Positions 10,201 through 22,539 of a DNA stretch of 64,000 nt are shown one piece after another. Each line of letters begins with the position of its first letter. Within the stretch, counting starts at the first letter, position 1. Source of the DNA: Squalus acanthias (taxonomy: Eukaryota); contig CM059433.1 of assembly GCA_030390025.1 (NCBI GenBank), positions 6,262,001-6,326,000 of the forward strand. The letters run 5' to 3'. A model generated the notes under the pieces. It searched no databases, was not told the origin of the DNA, and worked only from the letters and a program-made list of their open reading frames with translations. The translations under genes were made by a program, and so were the position numbers.

Positions 10201-12052
10201 CGGTTCTATGTAGCATCTGCCTACACACTTTCTGTGAATATCATTGCTAAGAAAGTGGTCTTCAATGAACAGAGTAGCTCTGATGGTAGGTATATCAATG
10301 GCAGTCTAGCCATTTATTGTACTGTTAACCCCAGAATGTTCCTGTTTGAGGATTTCTTTAAACTGTTTTTGTGATCCTTTTTAACATGTGCTCGAAAGTT
10401 CCAATTAGAAAGATAGACCTCAATCATATTAACCTTCAAATTCTTAAGCTAATTACAATGTGGGTTTATGGAACATCTATCCTTTTCTCCAGTCAGAGTC
10501 ATAACAGCACAGAAGGAGGCCATTCGGCCCATCGAGTCTGTGCTGGCTCTCTGTAGAGCATGCTGAGAATTTCTGAAATGGAGGATGTAGGAATTGATCA
10601 AGATAGGGTGTAAAAAGACAATTAATTGAGACTTGATTGGGAGAGGAGGGCAAATAATGACTCTGATCCATAGCAGTAGGGAATCGAGCACTGAATGTAA
10701 AACTATATGCTTATTTAACCTGCTATGTTGGCTCCCTTTTTTTGGTGCAGATCCCTATTGCAGTATTGTTTGTACTACATATCCCATTCAAGTAACTAAA
10801 AATTGATTACAATATTATACCTATTGCTTATTTATTTTCCTATAGTTTGAAAATTACTCGGTTGGTGGATCTGTTTAACTCTTACAAATTCCTGCTTGCA
10901 TTGCTAATGACAAAATGAACAGTATTAAGTAGTTGATCTTCTGACTGTTTGGCATACTAAATTTTCAATGACTTGTTTTAATATAGACAGGCTTATTTGC
11001 ATCATGCAGCTAATATGTGCAATATTTTTGTTAAAGATGAAGATGATGGTGAAAATGACAGAACCCTCATGTACTATGTAAATGATGGAGTTTATGGATC
11101 GTTCAACTGCATACTGTATGATCATGCTCATGTAATGCCAGTTCTGCTCAAGGTAAGACCCTTTTTTATCAAAATCCTACTAAATTGTGCAAATGTGTAT
11201 ATATTGGATGACCTATTTTGTTCTTTTTTTGTAGAAACAAAAGTCTGACGAGAAGCTGTACTCAACCAGTATTTGGGGCCCAACTTGTGATGGGCTTGAT
11301 CGTATTGTAGAGCGTTGTGATATGCCAGAGCTGCAGGTTGGTGACTGGATGGTGTATGAGAACATGGGAGCTTACACCGTTGCTGCTGCTTCAACTTTCA
11401 ATGGATTTCAAAGACCCCAGATCTTCTATGTTATGTCAAGGCCAGCCTGGTACAGTATTTAATCATTGAGACTTTTATTTTTGCTGTTGTACTTTCAAGT
11501 TGACTGGCTTAATTGCCATTCTCGCTAGATCTTGGTTTTCCTACATTTTAGCATGTACTAGTGAAACCAGCCTCATTTATGGTTTCCTGCTTGTCGTCGT
11601 CTTCCAACAAAACAGTGGCTTATTTGGGGATATAGTTCTGCAGATGGGTGACACTCTGGTGTCGTAATGTGATCATTCAAGCCTGCAAAATTTGACTCTA
11701 CTTCCAGCAGGTGTTGCTGGTTTCCAGAATGATTTTGCAGCCTCATTAATCCAGCACAGACTAAGATTTCTGGTCTCTGAAGGCTTTCAGAATCGTCCCA
11801 TACAGTGCAGTTTTCTATCTAAATTTGAAACCACTTTTCATGTTGCTTCAGTGGTTAGTTGAATGCAGTGTGATCTAATAATTTTTTTTATTGTCTTGTA
11901 GGCAATTAATGCAGCAAATCAAGGAAGATGACTTTCCCTCCCAAGCTGAGGATCATGCTGCTAATACTGTACTGGCATCCTGTGCCTGGGAAAGTGGAAT
12001 GGAGCTGCTTTGTTCATCATCATGCTCTTCATCAGCAAGAGTTAATGTCTAA
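7143..12052 (+). CDS. ODC1: Ornithine decarboxylase 1, 464 aa: join(7143..7244,7508..7681,7772..7944,9009..9143,9705..9786,9956..10039,10123..10285,11037..11152,11235..11449,11902..12052)
   Basis: Hand-spliced CDS of 1395 nt, all introns GT-AG and in frame. Motifs: PFYAVKCN (PLP lysine), [55 protein letters not shown], and the C-terminal SCAWESG degron segment. Confidence 0.97.
7508..7681 (+). CDS. ODC1: ODC1 coding exon 2
   Basis: [13 protein letters not shown]...PFYAVKCN...FDCASK. Confidence 0.96.
7772..7944 (+). CDS. ODC1: ODC1 coding exon 3
   Basis: TEIQMVQ...IIYANPCKQ...[20 protein letters not shown]. Confidence 0.96.
9009..9143 (+). CDS. ODC1: ODC1 coding exon 4
   Basis: [22 protein letters not shown]...IIGV. 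Confidence 0.96.
9705..9786 (+). CDS. ODC1: ODC1 coding exon 5
   Basis: [28 protein letters not shown]. Confidence 0.95.
9956..10039 (+). CDS. ODC1: ODC1 coding exon 6
   Basis: [28 protein letters not shown]. Confidence 0.95.
10123..10285 (+). CDS. ODC1: ODC1 coding exon 7
   Basis: [14 protein letters not shown]...[23 protein letters not shown]. Confidence 0.95.
11037..11152 (+). CDS. ODC1: ODC1 coding exon 8
   Basis: [28 protein letters not shown]; donor gtaaga. Confidence 0.94.
11235..11449 (+). CDS. ODC1: ODC1 coding exon 9
   Basis: [17 protein letters not shown]...[20 protein letters not shown]. Confidence 0.96.
11902..12052 (+). CDS. ODC1: ODC1 last coding exon
   Basis: [12 protein letters not shown]...[11 protein letters not shown]...ARVNV*; TAA 12050-12052. 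Confidence 0.93.
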
Positions 12053-12306
12053 ACTGTTAGATATAATTCTTAACTGAGCAGTTGGCAATTATTAGCTGAA
12101 CTAGGAGGTTTGGATAATGTATTAAATGGCTGCCTTTGGGACCAGTAACTGATGCAGAAAGCTGTGTGCTTGAATTTTAAAATATCATGGATTAGTTTAT
12201 GTATGCAACAAAATGGTTGACTAGGAGATGGGATCACATTCTGAAGTGTTCCTATGGAAACTTGTTTACACTTTTATAACTTTTTTGTATTTTTATTTGA
12301 GCTTGA

Positions 12307-12312
12307 AATAAA
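12307..12312 (+). terminator. ODC1: Candidate ODC1 polyadenylation signal AATAAA
   Basis: First AATAAA after the stop codon, preceded by U-rich sequence. Confidence 0.55.
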
Positions 12313-12715
12313 AGAGAAAACTATTTATTTGGACTTCAATCATTAATGATGGATTTACAACTTGAGTTTGCAAGATGCCCTTTTTCTTTTTAGCACATTT
12401 CACTGCAAAGTGGAGGACAGAATGACCAAATCTGCACTGCATAAATTGTGAGCACAGAAATGACTGGCCAGCGTTGTGCATTAGCCAGGGAGCTTTCTTT
12501 CTAATTTAGATAAACTGCATGAAACAAATAGCTATTTTAAATGTTGCTGTTTTAAGGATTTGACTTCTTGAATTGTTCCATATACTATCAGATTTGGAAA
12601 TTAACTTTTTTCCAACTATGTTGTAGCTTTGAGGTTGGGTAATGCAGTAGATTAGACGAGCCTTTTTTTTGAAACTTGGCAGATGCTGCCAGTTAGATTG
12701 GATGACTAGTTGGGT

Positions 12716-13730
12716 ATCTGCTGTAGCTAAGTGGTAGCACGCTGCCTGAGTTGGGAGATTGTGAGCTCGTATCTTGCTCGAGACTTGAACACAAAATCTA
12801 GGGTGACACTCCGGTGCAGTGCTGAGGTGCCAGCATTCAGGTGAGATGTTAAGCCAAGGTCCTGTCTGCCACCTCGGGTGGACATAAACAATCCCATGGC
12901 GCTATTTCAGAGAAAAGCTGGGGCGTTTTCGCTGGTGTCCTGGCCAATACAGGTTGAGCGCCCAAAATCTGGCAACCGAGGTCGAGCCGGTTTTTGTGTT
13001 TTTTCCGGACTTCGGAACGTGTTTCTGATGTCCGAAGTCCAGCAATATCTCAACCGGGGCTCTGGCGTTTCCGGACATCAGAAACCCGTTCCGAGTCCGG
13101 AAATGCCTGGACCGCTCCGCGTAGCGCTGACGCGTTTCTCCGCCCCTCCCCTTCTGTTAAAGGGGAGGGACGCTGCGAGCTCTGCAGAGCATCCGATGGC
13201 CCACACTAGGCCACCAGGGAGGCGTGGTGCCGTGGCCGCAGCCTGGCGGAAACACTTAGTAGAGCTGTGCAGATTAAGGAGGATAAAACACAACACTACA
13301 TATAAAGTTTTATTGCATCACTCGCATTTTTCAAAAAAAAGACGAGAGTTAATGGCTTTTTGAAGTACAGGTTGAGCGTCCAAAATCCGGATTCCGGAAC
13401 TTTTTACAGATTCCGGACGACCCTGCCACCAATCGTCCCGGATTCTGGAACTCCGGATTTTGGACGCTCAACCAACATAACAGATGATCTGTTTCTCTCC
13501 ACGGATGCTGCCTGACCTGCTGAGTGTTTCCAGCATTTTCTGTTACTTCAGATTTCCAACATCTGCAGTATTTTGCTATTGTATCACAGATTATCTGGTC
13601 ATTATCACATTTTGTGGAACCTGATGTGTGCAAATTGGCTGCCACGTTTCCTACCTTGCACTTCATTGGCTCAAAAGATTTTTGGGTTGCCCTGAGATTG
13701 TGAAAGGCATTAATATAAATGCAAGTCAAA
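12716..13730 (+). mobile_element. Degenerate DeuSINE split by a Tigger-like element and a Penelope-like fragment
   Basis: SINE body breaks at ...GGCCAATA (12949) and resumes at CTCAACCAACAT (~13467). Confidence 0.65.
12950..13473. mobile_element. Tigger/pogo-like non-autonomous DNA transposon
   Basis: TA|CAGGTTGAGCG(C/T)CCAAAATC at 12950 and 13368; inverted GATTTTGGACGCTCAACC ending 13473; CpG-rich. Confidence 0.7.
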
Positions 13731-14721
13731 TGATTTGTGTGAAATTGGGTTTGGCAGTCTAGGTCAGTGGAGCAAAAAAATGCTTAATAGCTATTTACCT
13801 TTTTGATGTTGACCAAATATAGACAATCCATATTTTTGTGATCAAATTGTCTGCTCAACAGTGATCCAACCACGCATCAATTGCTATGATAGTGTTGCTG
13901 ATTCTCAAATGTGTGAAATATACTGCAAGGTTATCTACCATTTCCAGTACAGGGGTGTCACTAAGCTCAAGATGTGCCAGGAACCCAACTATTTAGTCAC
14001 CAGTGTATAGATATGAATGTTTGTGATGGCAGTTGAATACAAGAACTGAATTACTCTGCAAAATCTGACATACTCCTGTTTGCCAGGACTCCTATCTGCT
14101 AGTGGCTTGTAGAAGCCATGCCTTTTGAACTACTATAGTGGTAGAGAAATCTCATTTGACTTTTTTTTGGATATTTTCTCATTGCCAACTACTGTCCTGT
14201 CTCTTGTGCCATTTACTGTAGGGCAGTCATCTCTTGTCCCAAATATAAGATTATACAATGGGTTTTCCCATTCCTTTCTTTTGAAAGAGGAGCAGCAATG
14301 GAGGAATGCCAGACTGCATGAGGCACACGATGGTCTCATCAGAATATACAAGTAGCAATGTATGAAGGGACATAATACAAAGGAAGCTGTTACTGAATAA
14401 TAGCTGGCACTGCAACCTGCCTTTTTGAAATTGCTGGCCTACACAAGATAATCTCTTGGGTTCACTGTCACTGGTCGTATGTCTGAGCTGCAGAGTCCCT
14501 TAACCACCATCTAGTTACTTTTGAATACTGTTTCCTAATGCTCCTTGTAACTTTGCACAGGCTTTGGGTTTATCTTCACTTTTACCAGACAGTACTTGAG
14601 TTGACTGGTGCTCGCTTAGAAGTACTTGCACCAGAGGTAGGTACATAGCCAACAGCTTAATCTTTGCCCCGCTCCATAATTTGGCTCATGCTACCAATCA
14701 AAACTGCAACCTTTGTTAAGT

Positions 14722-15182
14722 GTCAGCTGTGGCTCAGTGGGTAGCACACTCGCCTCAGTCAGACGGTTATGGGTTCAAGTCCCAGTCCAGGGACTTGAGC
14801 TCATAAATCTAGGCTGACACTCCAGGTGCAGTGCTGAGGGAGTGCTGCACTGTCGGAGGTGCCGTCTTTCGGATGAGACATTAAACCGAGGCCCCATCTG
14901 CTCTCTCAGGTGGACGTAAAAGATCCCATGGCACTATTTCAAAGAAGAGCAGGGGAGTTATCCCTGGTGTCCTGGGGCCAATATTTATTCCTCAACCAAC
15001 ATAACAAAAACATTATCTGGTCATTAGCACATTGCTGTTTGTGGGAGCTTGCTGTGCGCAAATTGGCTGCCGCGTTTCCTACATTACAACAGCGACTACA
15101 CTTCAAAAAGTACTTAATTGGCTGTAAAGCGCTTGGAGACGTCCAGTGGTCGTGAAAGGCGCCATATAAATGCAAGTCTTTT
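14722..15182 (+). mobile_element. Full-length DeuSINE copy
   Basis: Same head, body and tail as 4973-5440. Confidence 0.85.
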
Positions 15183-16124
15183 TGCTTCAAAAGGGTTGTG
15201 AATCTTTGGAATTCTCTACCTCAGAGGGCTGTGGATGCTCAGTTGTTGAGTATATTCAAGACAGATTAATAGATTTTTGGATTTTAAGGGAATCAAGGCA
15301 TATGGGGATAGTGCGGGAATGTTGAGTTAAGGTAGAAGATCAGCCATGATCTTATTGAGTGGCGGAGCAGGCTCTAAAGGGCCTATTTCTTATCTTACTC
15401 TCTCCTACGGCATCTAAATCACCCGTTCGCTAAGACACTCTCTGGTCTTGCTGAATAAAACTAATCCTGTGCCAAAAAAAAGTGTGGTCATTGCTGTTTG
15501 AGGGACCTTGCTCTGTGCAAATTGGCTGCCATGTTTCCTACATTACAACAGTGACTACACTTCAAAAGTATGAATTGACTGTAAAACTTGTAAATGCACT
15601 ATAAAAGTGCAAGTTCTTTTTGTTAAAGTGAATATCTTTGGGTGATAAGGGTGCTAAGAATTTTCTCCTTCCCCTTCATTTCTTTCTCTTCCCCCCCCTC
15701 CCCTCACCCCCCGGCCCAAAACACACTCTCAATTGTTTACTTTCTATTGGGCAAGTCTGTCATTTCCACCACCCTTTGTTTCAATGGCTTCAGGCTTTTT
15801 TTCTGCCAAGTTAGAAAAGTGTGCTGCAATTCTGAAAATTGATCCTTAAGGTCCTGAACTTGACTTTATACTAAAAACACAAACTTAAACCAAAAAAATC
15901 CATTCCAAATAGCAAAAAGCTTAAAACGTGACACTAGGAGCTTGCAATGTTAAATGTTAAGGTTGAATCTGACACTGGGCACATCAACAGCCAATCAGCT
16001 GTGCACCGATGTATTGCTTGGTAGAGCCAAGTAGTTTCACACCCCTTTCCATGGGTGACTAGTAGCAGCAGGACGGGGCAATGCAATTTTTGAGTAGCAG
16101 TCAAAGGAGTTGTAGATCGTCACC

Positions 16125-16398
16125 ATGTAAGAACAGAAGTAGGCCATTCAGCCTTCAAGCCTGTGCTGACATTCAGTTAGATCATGGCTGATCTGTATCT
16201 TAACTCCACCTACCTGCTTTGGTACTGTATCCCTTAATACCCTTGCCTAACAAAAAATTTAGCGTTCAGTTTTGAAATTTTCAATTGACCTAGCCTCAAC
16301 AGCTTTGTGCGGCGAGTTCCAGGTTTCCATTGCTCTTTGTATGAAAAAGTGCTTTGTGACATGACCATGAATATTTTAGCTATAATTTTAAGGTTATG
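16125..16398 (-). mobile_element. CR1 3' end; continues at 20714-21960 after the hAT insertion
   Basis: CR1 3'UTR reverse complement; the two flanks join into continuous CR1 sequence. Confidence 0.7.
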
Positions 16399-19300
16399 CA
16401 GGGGTGGGCAATTATTTGGGCTGGAGGGCCACTTAAATTTTGGTGAGCTGCCTGCACGGGACCTCTAGACCGCCACGCAGCTCAACAGGAACGTTGCCAC
16501 ACATGTAAAAAGTTGACAGCAATTGTTAAACTTTGTTATGGCATTTATTGCCTAAAGATCCCGTTGCGTTGTTTCCACACTTAATAAAAACATGCTAACG
16601 AACATGATACACAGGTTTACTCAAAACTTAGCTTAGCCATTGATATTATTCTGCCATAATTAAAACCGGTTACTCAACAACTGTAAAATTTTGTAAAAAA
16701 AAGAAAAACTTTAAGCAGTTATAAACTTTCAGAACATATTGTAATTTTATTTTTTTAAATGTGTTCTGATTTTTTTGATTGGTGTGTACAGAAGCGATTG
16801 CATAACAACTTAAAATATAGTCTTACACTTGTATTTTGAAAATTGGGTTAAAGAAAAATAAAGAAACTCACTCCATGGGAAGAATGAAGCCTCTGATGCA
16901 CTAACCAGAGAATTGAAGTCAGACATCATCTCCATTGTTGCAATGTGGGCACTGCTGCAAGGTGGTCATTGCTCATTCAAGATCGATGTCTTGATTTATT
17001 GAATTTCTTCACAGAAAATGTCTGCTCGCATATGTATGTTGATCCAAACAGCACAAGCATCTTCCAGGCATGAACCTTGATCTTTGGAAAGCTCTGTTCA
17101 GTGAGAGAGGCATAAAACCCAGGAAGTGGCACCGAGTTGATTTGCTCCGCAAGCAATGAGTCACACTGCAGGTTGATAAGCTCGAGTTGGAGGTCACATG
17201 GAGCGTTGTCAACATCAAGTGTGAATGGCGAGGTTACCAAAGAGGTCATTTTCTATCATTTTAAAATCCTGGAATCAGCGAGAAAATTCAACGGGCAAGT
17301 CGAGTTGTTGTACTTTTTCAGCTTTTCATCGCAAACAGTAATCTTTTGCAAAGTGGGGAAATGGCTGAATTCCTTGTTTTCTATCTGACGGGAGAAAAGG
17401 AGTAACTTCGTCATAAATGACTTCATACTGAAATGCAAATCATGAGCAAAAAGCCCCATGCAGTGTTGAATTCAGTGCATTCATGTGGCCCAAGATGTCA
17501 ATGGTGAATGCAAAAAATCAGGGAGCCAATCCACTTCTTTCAACTGTGGGAAATGTGAATCCTTTTTCTTTCATTTTCAAAAACAAACCAATCTCAGCTC
17601 TCAGTTCCCACACTCTTTTCAAAGCCTTACCCAAACTAAGCTATCTTACGTTGGTATGATACAGAACATCCGTCAGCTTGAATTCAGATTCCTCAAGCAG
17701 AGTTATAAATTGCCTGTGGTTTAATCCTTTTGCTCGAATGTAGTTGACCACTTTCGTAACGGTGTCCACGACATTGCTTAGTTTTAGAACACTTTTACAG
17801 AGGACCTCTTGATGAATAATGCAATGTAGAAAAATAATTTTCTGTTCTGGATTTGTTTCTGTGACTTGGTCTTGAATTCATTTCAGTAATCCAACATGTT
17901 TACCTGTCAGATTTGGGCTTCGATCGGTGGTCACACTCGCCAGTTTTTTCCATTTCACTCCTAATTTTGACATGCACTGATTTGTAGCCTCCAATAAATC
18001 TTTTCCTGTTGTCGTATCTTTCACTGACTGCATTGACGCCAATTCTTCTTTGATCTCAAAATTTTCGGTGATACCGCGAATGGAAATCAACAACTGGGTT
18101 GTGTCTTTGACATCACAACTCTCATCGAGTGCCAATGCAAAATAGGAGAAATTGTACACCTCACTTTCCAACTGCAGGTCCAGGTTCTCAGAGATATCCT
18201 CGACACGTCTCACAATAGTTCGCCTCGACGAGGAAATGTTCTCAAACTGCTTTTACTTGTCTGGGCACAAAATCACAGCAGATTCACAGCCTCAACTATT
18301 TACAATCTATATTAATGACTTGGATGAAGGGACTGAGTGTAATGTAGCCAAATTTGCTGATGATACAAAGATAGGTGGGAAAGCAAATTGTGTGTGAGGA
18401 TGCAAAGAATCTCCAAAGGGATATAGATAGGCTAAGTGAGTGGGCAGGAATCTGGCAGATGGAGTTTAATGTGGGAAAATGCGAGGTTATCCACTTTGGT
18501 AGGAAAAATAAAAAAGCAAATTATTATTTAAATGGGGAGAGATTACAAAATGCTTAGGTACAGAGGGATCTGGGGGTCCTTGTACATGAATCACAAAAAG
18601 TTAGTATGCAGGTACAGCAAGTAATTAGGAAGGCAAATGGAATGTTGACCGTTATTGTAAAGGGAATGGAGTATAAAAGCAGGAAAGTCCTGTTACAACT
18701 GTACAGGGCGTTGGTGAGACCACACCTGGAGTACTGCGTACAGTTTTGGTCTCCTTATTTAAGGAAGGATAGATATACTTGCATTGGAGGCAGTTCAGAG
18801 AAGGTTCACGAGGTTGATTCCAGAGATGAAAGGGTTGTCTTATGAAGAAAGGTTGAGCAGGTTGGGCCTATACTCATAGGAGTTTAGAAGAATGAGAGGG
18901 GATCTTATTGAAACATATAAAATTCTGAAGGGGCTTGACAGGGTAGATGCAGAGAGGATGTTTCCCCTCGTGGGGGAATCTAGAACTAGGGGGCATAATT
19001 TCAGAATAAGGGGGCACCCATTTAAAACGGAAATGAGGAGGAATTTCTTCTCTCAGAGTATCGTGAATCTTTGGAATTCTCTTCCCCAGAGAGCTGTGGA
19101 GGCTGGGTCATTGAATATATTTAAGGTGGAGATAGACAGATTTTTGAATGGTAAGGGAGTCAAGGATTATGGAGAACGGGCAGGGAAGTGGAGTTGAGGC
19201 CAAGATCAGATCAGCCATGATCTTATTGAATGGCGGAGCAGGCTCAAGGGGCCAAATGACCTACTCCTGCTCCTATGTCTTCTGTTCTTATATTCAACCA

Positions 19301-20713
19301 TACAGTCCTTAATAAATTCTCCTTCAGAGAACGGTTTGCTGTCTTGGCGATTTTGTGTGCAATCACGTAGCTCGCTCTGGTAACTCCATCCTGTGCCATT
19401 GATAGTCTTATGAAAAAACTTTGCTCTTTTTGCATACAAGCAACCGTATCATCAGCTTTCTCTTCGACAGACAAGTTTTTATATTTGGATGCATGCTTGC
19501 TCTCAAAATGCCGATTCACATTGTATTCTTTAAGCACTGCCACACTTTACAAATTAAGCACACAGTTTTTCCACCTGCATCGGTAAAAAATATGTAAAAG
19601 TCCGTGTTTTGTTGAACATTCGGCGTCTACCTTTCTCTTTGATGAGCTCATTTCCGAATTTTGGTTAGGGTTCAAGCGTATTTTTCTGGTCAGACCTGGC
19701 AACACGGTAACGTAGTCACATCAAAATCAACGAGACCCAAATTGCTAAATATTCAGTCAAGCAGTTAAGATTATTGTACATAAGGTCTATTGACATATTG
19801 TTCTTATGCAGACCTGTCATCAACTTTGTTAGATATAATTTTAAATGTTTTAAAATGCAAAGGTTGATAGACATGTAGCTTAAAATCTCTTAACTTCTAT
19901 TAAATTATAATAGGGATTATAGATCAAATTAGATTACTGCCTCCTTAAACCTGCAATACATGATTTCCTTCTCAAGACCTTTAATCAGTTTCGACTACAC
20001 TAAACTGGCCATTCAGCAACCTGCAAAGGCTTGCTGCAGGCCCAGAGACTGAAGTTTCTTTCTTTCCATCCCCTTTCCAAGGCCACATGGCGCGCACTCT
20101 CCATTGATGGCACTGCACGGCTACAGCTTCAACTGGCTACAGCCAAAGAGGGCAGGCATTAATTTGTCCCACCACCCTTAGCCCCCACATCCCCAGGATG
20201 CCACCGATTCCACTCCCCCCCCCGCCCACCCCAACGGATGAATGCCTAGGCTGTCCCCAGGCCTCCCCGCCACCGTCCCCCCCCCCCCCCACCAATGATA
20301 CTCAGGCCACTCCCCCCCCCCTGCTCCCAACCAGTCTACACATTAAATTTAAGTACACAGAATTATTTAAAAAAGCGGGGCCCCAAACGGATAATCAAAA
20401 CAAACTTACCTGGATAATCCTCGAGCTGCGACCTCACCCAACACGCGCTGCAAAAGGAGCCTCCAGTGCGCGCGCACAGTCTTTGTACCTGAGACTATTC
20501 CAATAGTCTCAGATACAGAGGAGTGCTGGGGAGACTGATCCACACAAAACCAACACCAGGGACACTGCAGATGGAACATACCAAACTCATCGACCCCCTA
20601 GAGGGCCACGGAGCCCCAGCAGCAGCCAATCAAAGCACCAGGAGCAAAAACCTTTTGTTTTCTCTCTGGTAATTTCCAGAAGCCGCCGGCGGGCCGTATT
20701 TGGCCTGCCTCTG
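16399..20713 (-). mobile_element. hAT (Charlie/SPIN-like, GTF2IRD2-type) DNA transposon with a decayed transposase (~19651 to ~16850)
   Basis: Ends CAGGGGTGGGCAA / TGGCCTGCCTCTG (imperfect inverted repeat). Transposase fragments: MSSSKRKVDAE, AVLKEYNVNRHFESKH, KPFSEGEFIKDC, FALALDESCDVKDTTQL, FGSTYICEQTFS. Frameshifts and stops present. Confidence 0.85.
18287..19291 (+). mobile_element. CR1 LINE inserted in the hAT transposase
   Basis: RT C-terminus (KFADDTKIGG) plus 3' end; flanked by ATTCA duplication (18282-18286 / 19292-19296). Confidence 0.92.
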
Positions 20714-21960
20714 TTCTAGAGTCTCACCAAAGGAAATAGTTTCTCTCTACCCTATCAAATCCTTCAATTAGATCACCCCCTAATCTTCTATAGTCAAGGG
20801 AATACAATCCTCGTCTGTGCAACCTGTCCTCATAACCTAACCCTTTTAGCCTCGGTATCATTCTGGTGAATCTCCAAGGCCAATACATCCTTCCTGAGGT
20901 GCGGTGCCCAGAACTGAATGCAGTTACTCCAGATGGGGTCTCACCAGATCTCGGCACAGCTGTAGCATAACTTCCAGCCCTCTTGAGATAAAGGCCAACA
21001 TTCCATTAGACGTTTAAAAAAAATGTTTGTACCTGACCCACTAGCGTTTAGTGATTTCTGTACTTGGATCCCTAAATCTCTGCTCATCCACAGTTCCTAG
21101 CTTCCCGGCAATTAGAAAATACACTGATCTAGATTTCCTGGGTCCAAAGAGGATGCCCTCACACTTCCCCCACATTGAACTGTATCTGCCACAGTTTTGC
21201 CCACTCACTGAATCTATCAATGTCACTTTGCAACTTTCTGCTCCCATCTACACTACTTACTGTGAAACCTAACTTTAGTATCATCATCAAACTTAGATAT
21301 ACGGCTCTCTATTCCTTCATCCAAGCCATTTATAAATATAGTGAAAAGTTGTGGTGTCTGGGGGGCACCACTCGTCACATGCAGCAAATTGGAGTACATT
21401 TCCATTATCCCGACTCTCTGTCTCCTACCTCCTAACCAATTCCCGATACAAGCCAACAGGTTGCCTCCGATTCTATGCGCTCTCATTTATGTAACAGCCT
21501 CTTCTGTGGATCCTTGTTGAATGCCTTCTGAAAGTCCATATAAATAACATCTATAGAAAAAAGTTCACCGACCTGAAACGTTAACTCTGTTTCTCTCTCC
21601 GCAGATGCTGCCTGACCGGCTGAGTATTTCCAGCATTTACTGTTTATAATCCATAGACCCTTCCCTATCTACTTTGTTAGTTACCTCCTCATAAAATTCA
21701 ACTAGGTTCATTCGACATGACCCTTTACAATCCATGCTGGCTCTCTGATCAGCTCATATTTGTCCAAATGCGCAGTCACTCTGTCCCTAATAACAGATTC
21801 TAGTAACTTCCCCACAACTGATATTAGACTAATAGACCTTTAGTGTTGTCCTTGATATCCCTCCCACACTTTTTCTCGTATTCCTTTTTGCGGCCCTTAC
21901 CACATTTTTTGTATTCCTTTGCTGTTCTTTATATCTCTCCCAGTCCTCGGGATCTCCACC
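20714..21960 (-). mobile_element. Degenerate CR1 LINE
   Basis: IGNWLGGRRQRVGI...SKFDDDTK on the minus strand. Confidence 0.8.
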
Positions 21961-22539
21961 TGAGGGACATCTGGCGGCTCCTCTGTGAAACCAAGCCAGC
22001 AGAATCTTGTCATTGGGTGGAGGGGAGTGGGGCAGCCACGGAGGGACCAGCAGCAGGTGACATGATTTTTGTGTGGCGAAGAGGAGCATTCAAGAAAAAT
22101 GTACCTGCGCTGTTTTCAGAACAGACTCCAGCAGTCTCTCTTTAAGGACCATTGCTTTGGACGCTTTATGCTTAGTTCAACTGGGTGGAATGTGCACTCC
22201 ACCTGGTGAAGACCAAAATTGCTCTTAGGACCCTGATTTAAATATATTAATGAGGCTCCTGCCTGTTTCGGGTGAGCGTGCTAGCCTGCCTAAATTGAGG
22301 TCTGCTTCAAAATCACATAGTATGGGCCTTGGGCACTAAGTCAGATGTAGTTTCTTTTCCTTCTTGCTGCCCCCCCTGTTCATCCTGAAATATTGAGCGG
22401 AAAATCACCCACTAGGAGTGAAACCATTCTCTGATAACTACAGTGACTATTCATTGCCCCATAACTGAATACCATTCCCATTCGTGATATCACTGGAGCG
22501 GAATTAACACAAAACTATTGAAACAAGATAGGATTGAGA

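Noticed and set aside
5952..11901. Intronic H/ACA snoRNA (human ODC1 hosts SNORA80B)
   Set aside because: No recognisable match by eye; a hairpin at ~9578-9642 lacks a proper H or ACA box. An Infernal/snoReport search would be needed.
16850..19651. Domesticated GTF2IRD2/EPM2AIP1-like host gene
   Set aside because: Multiple frameshifts and stops, a CR1 insertion, and retained transposon ends
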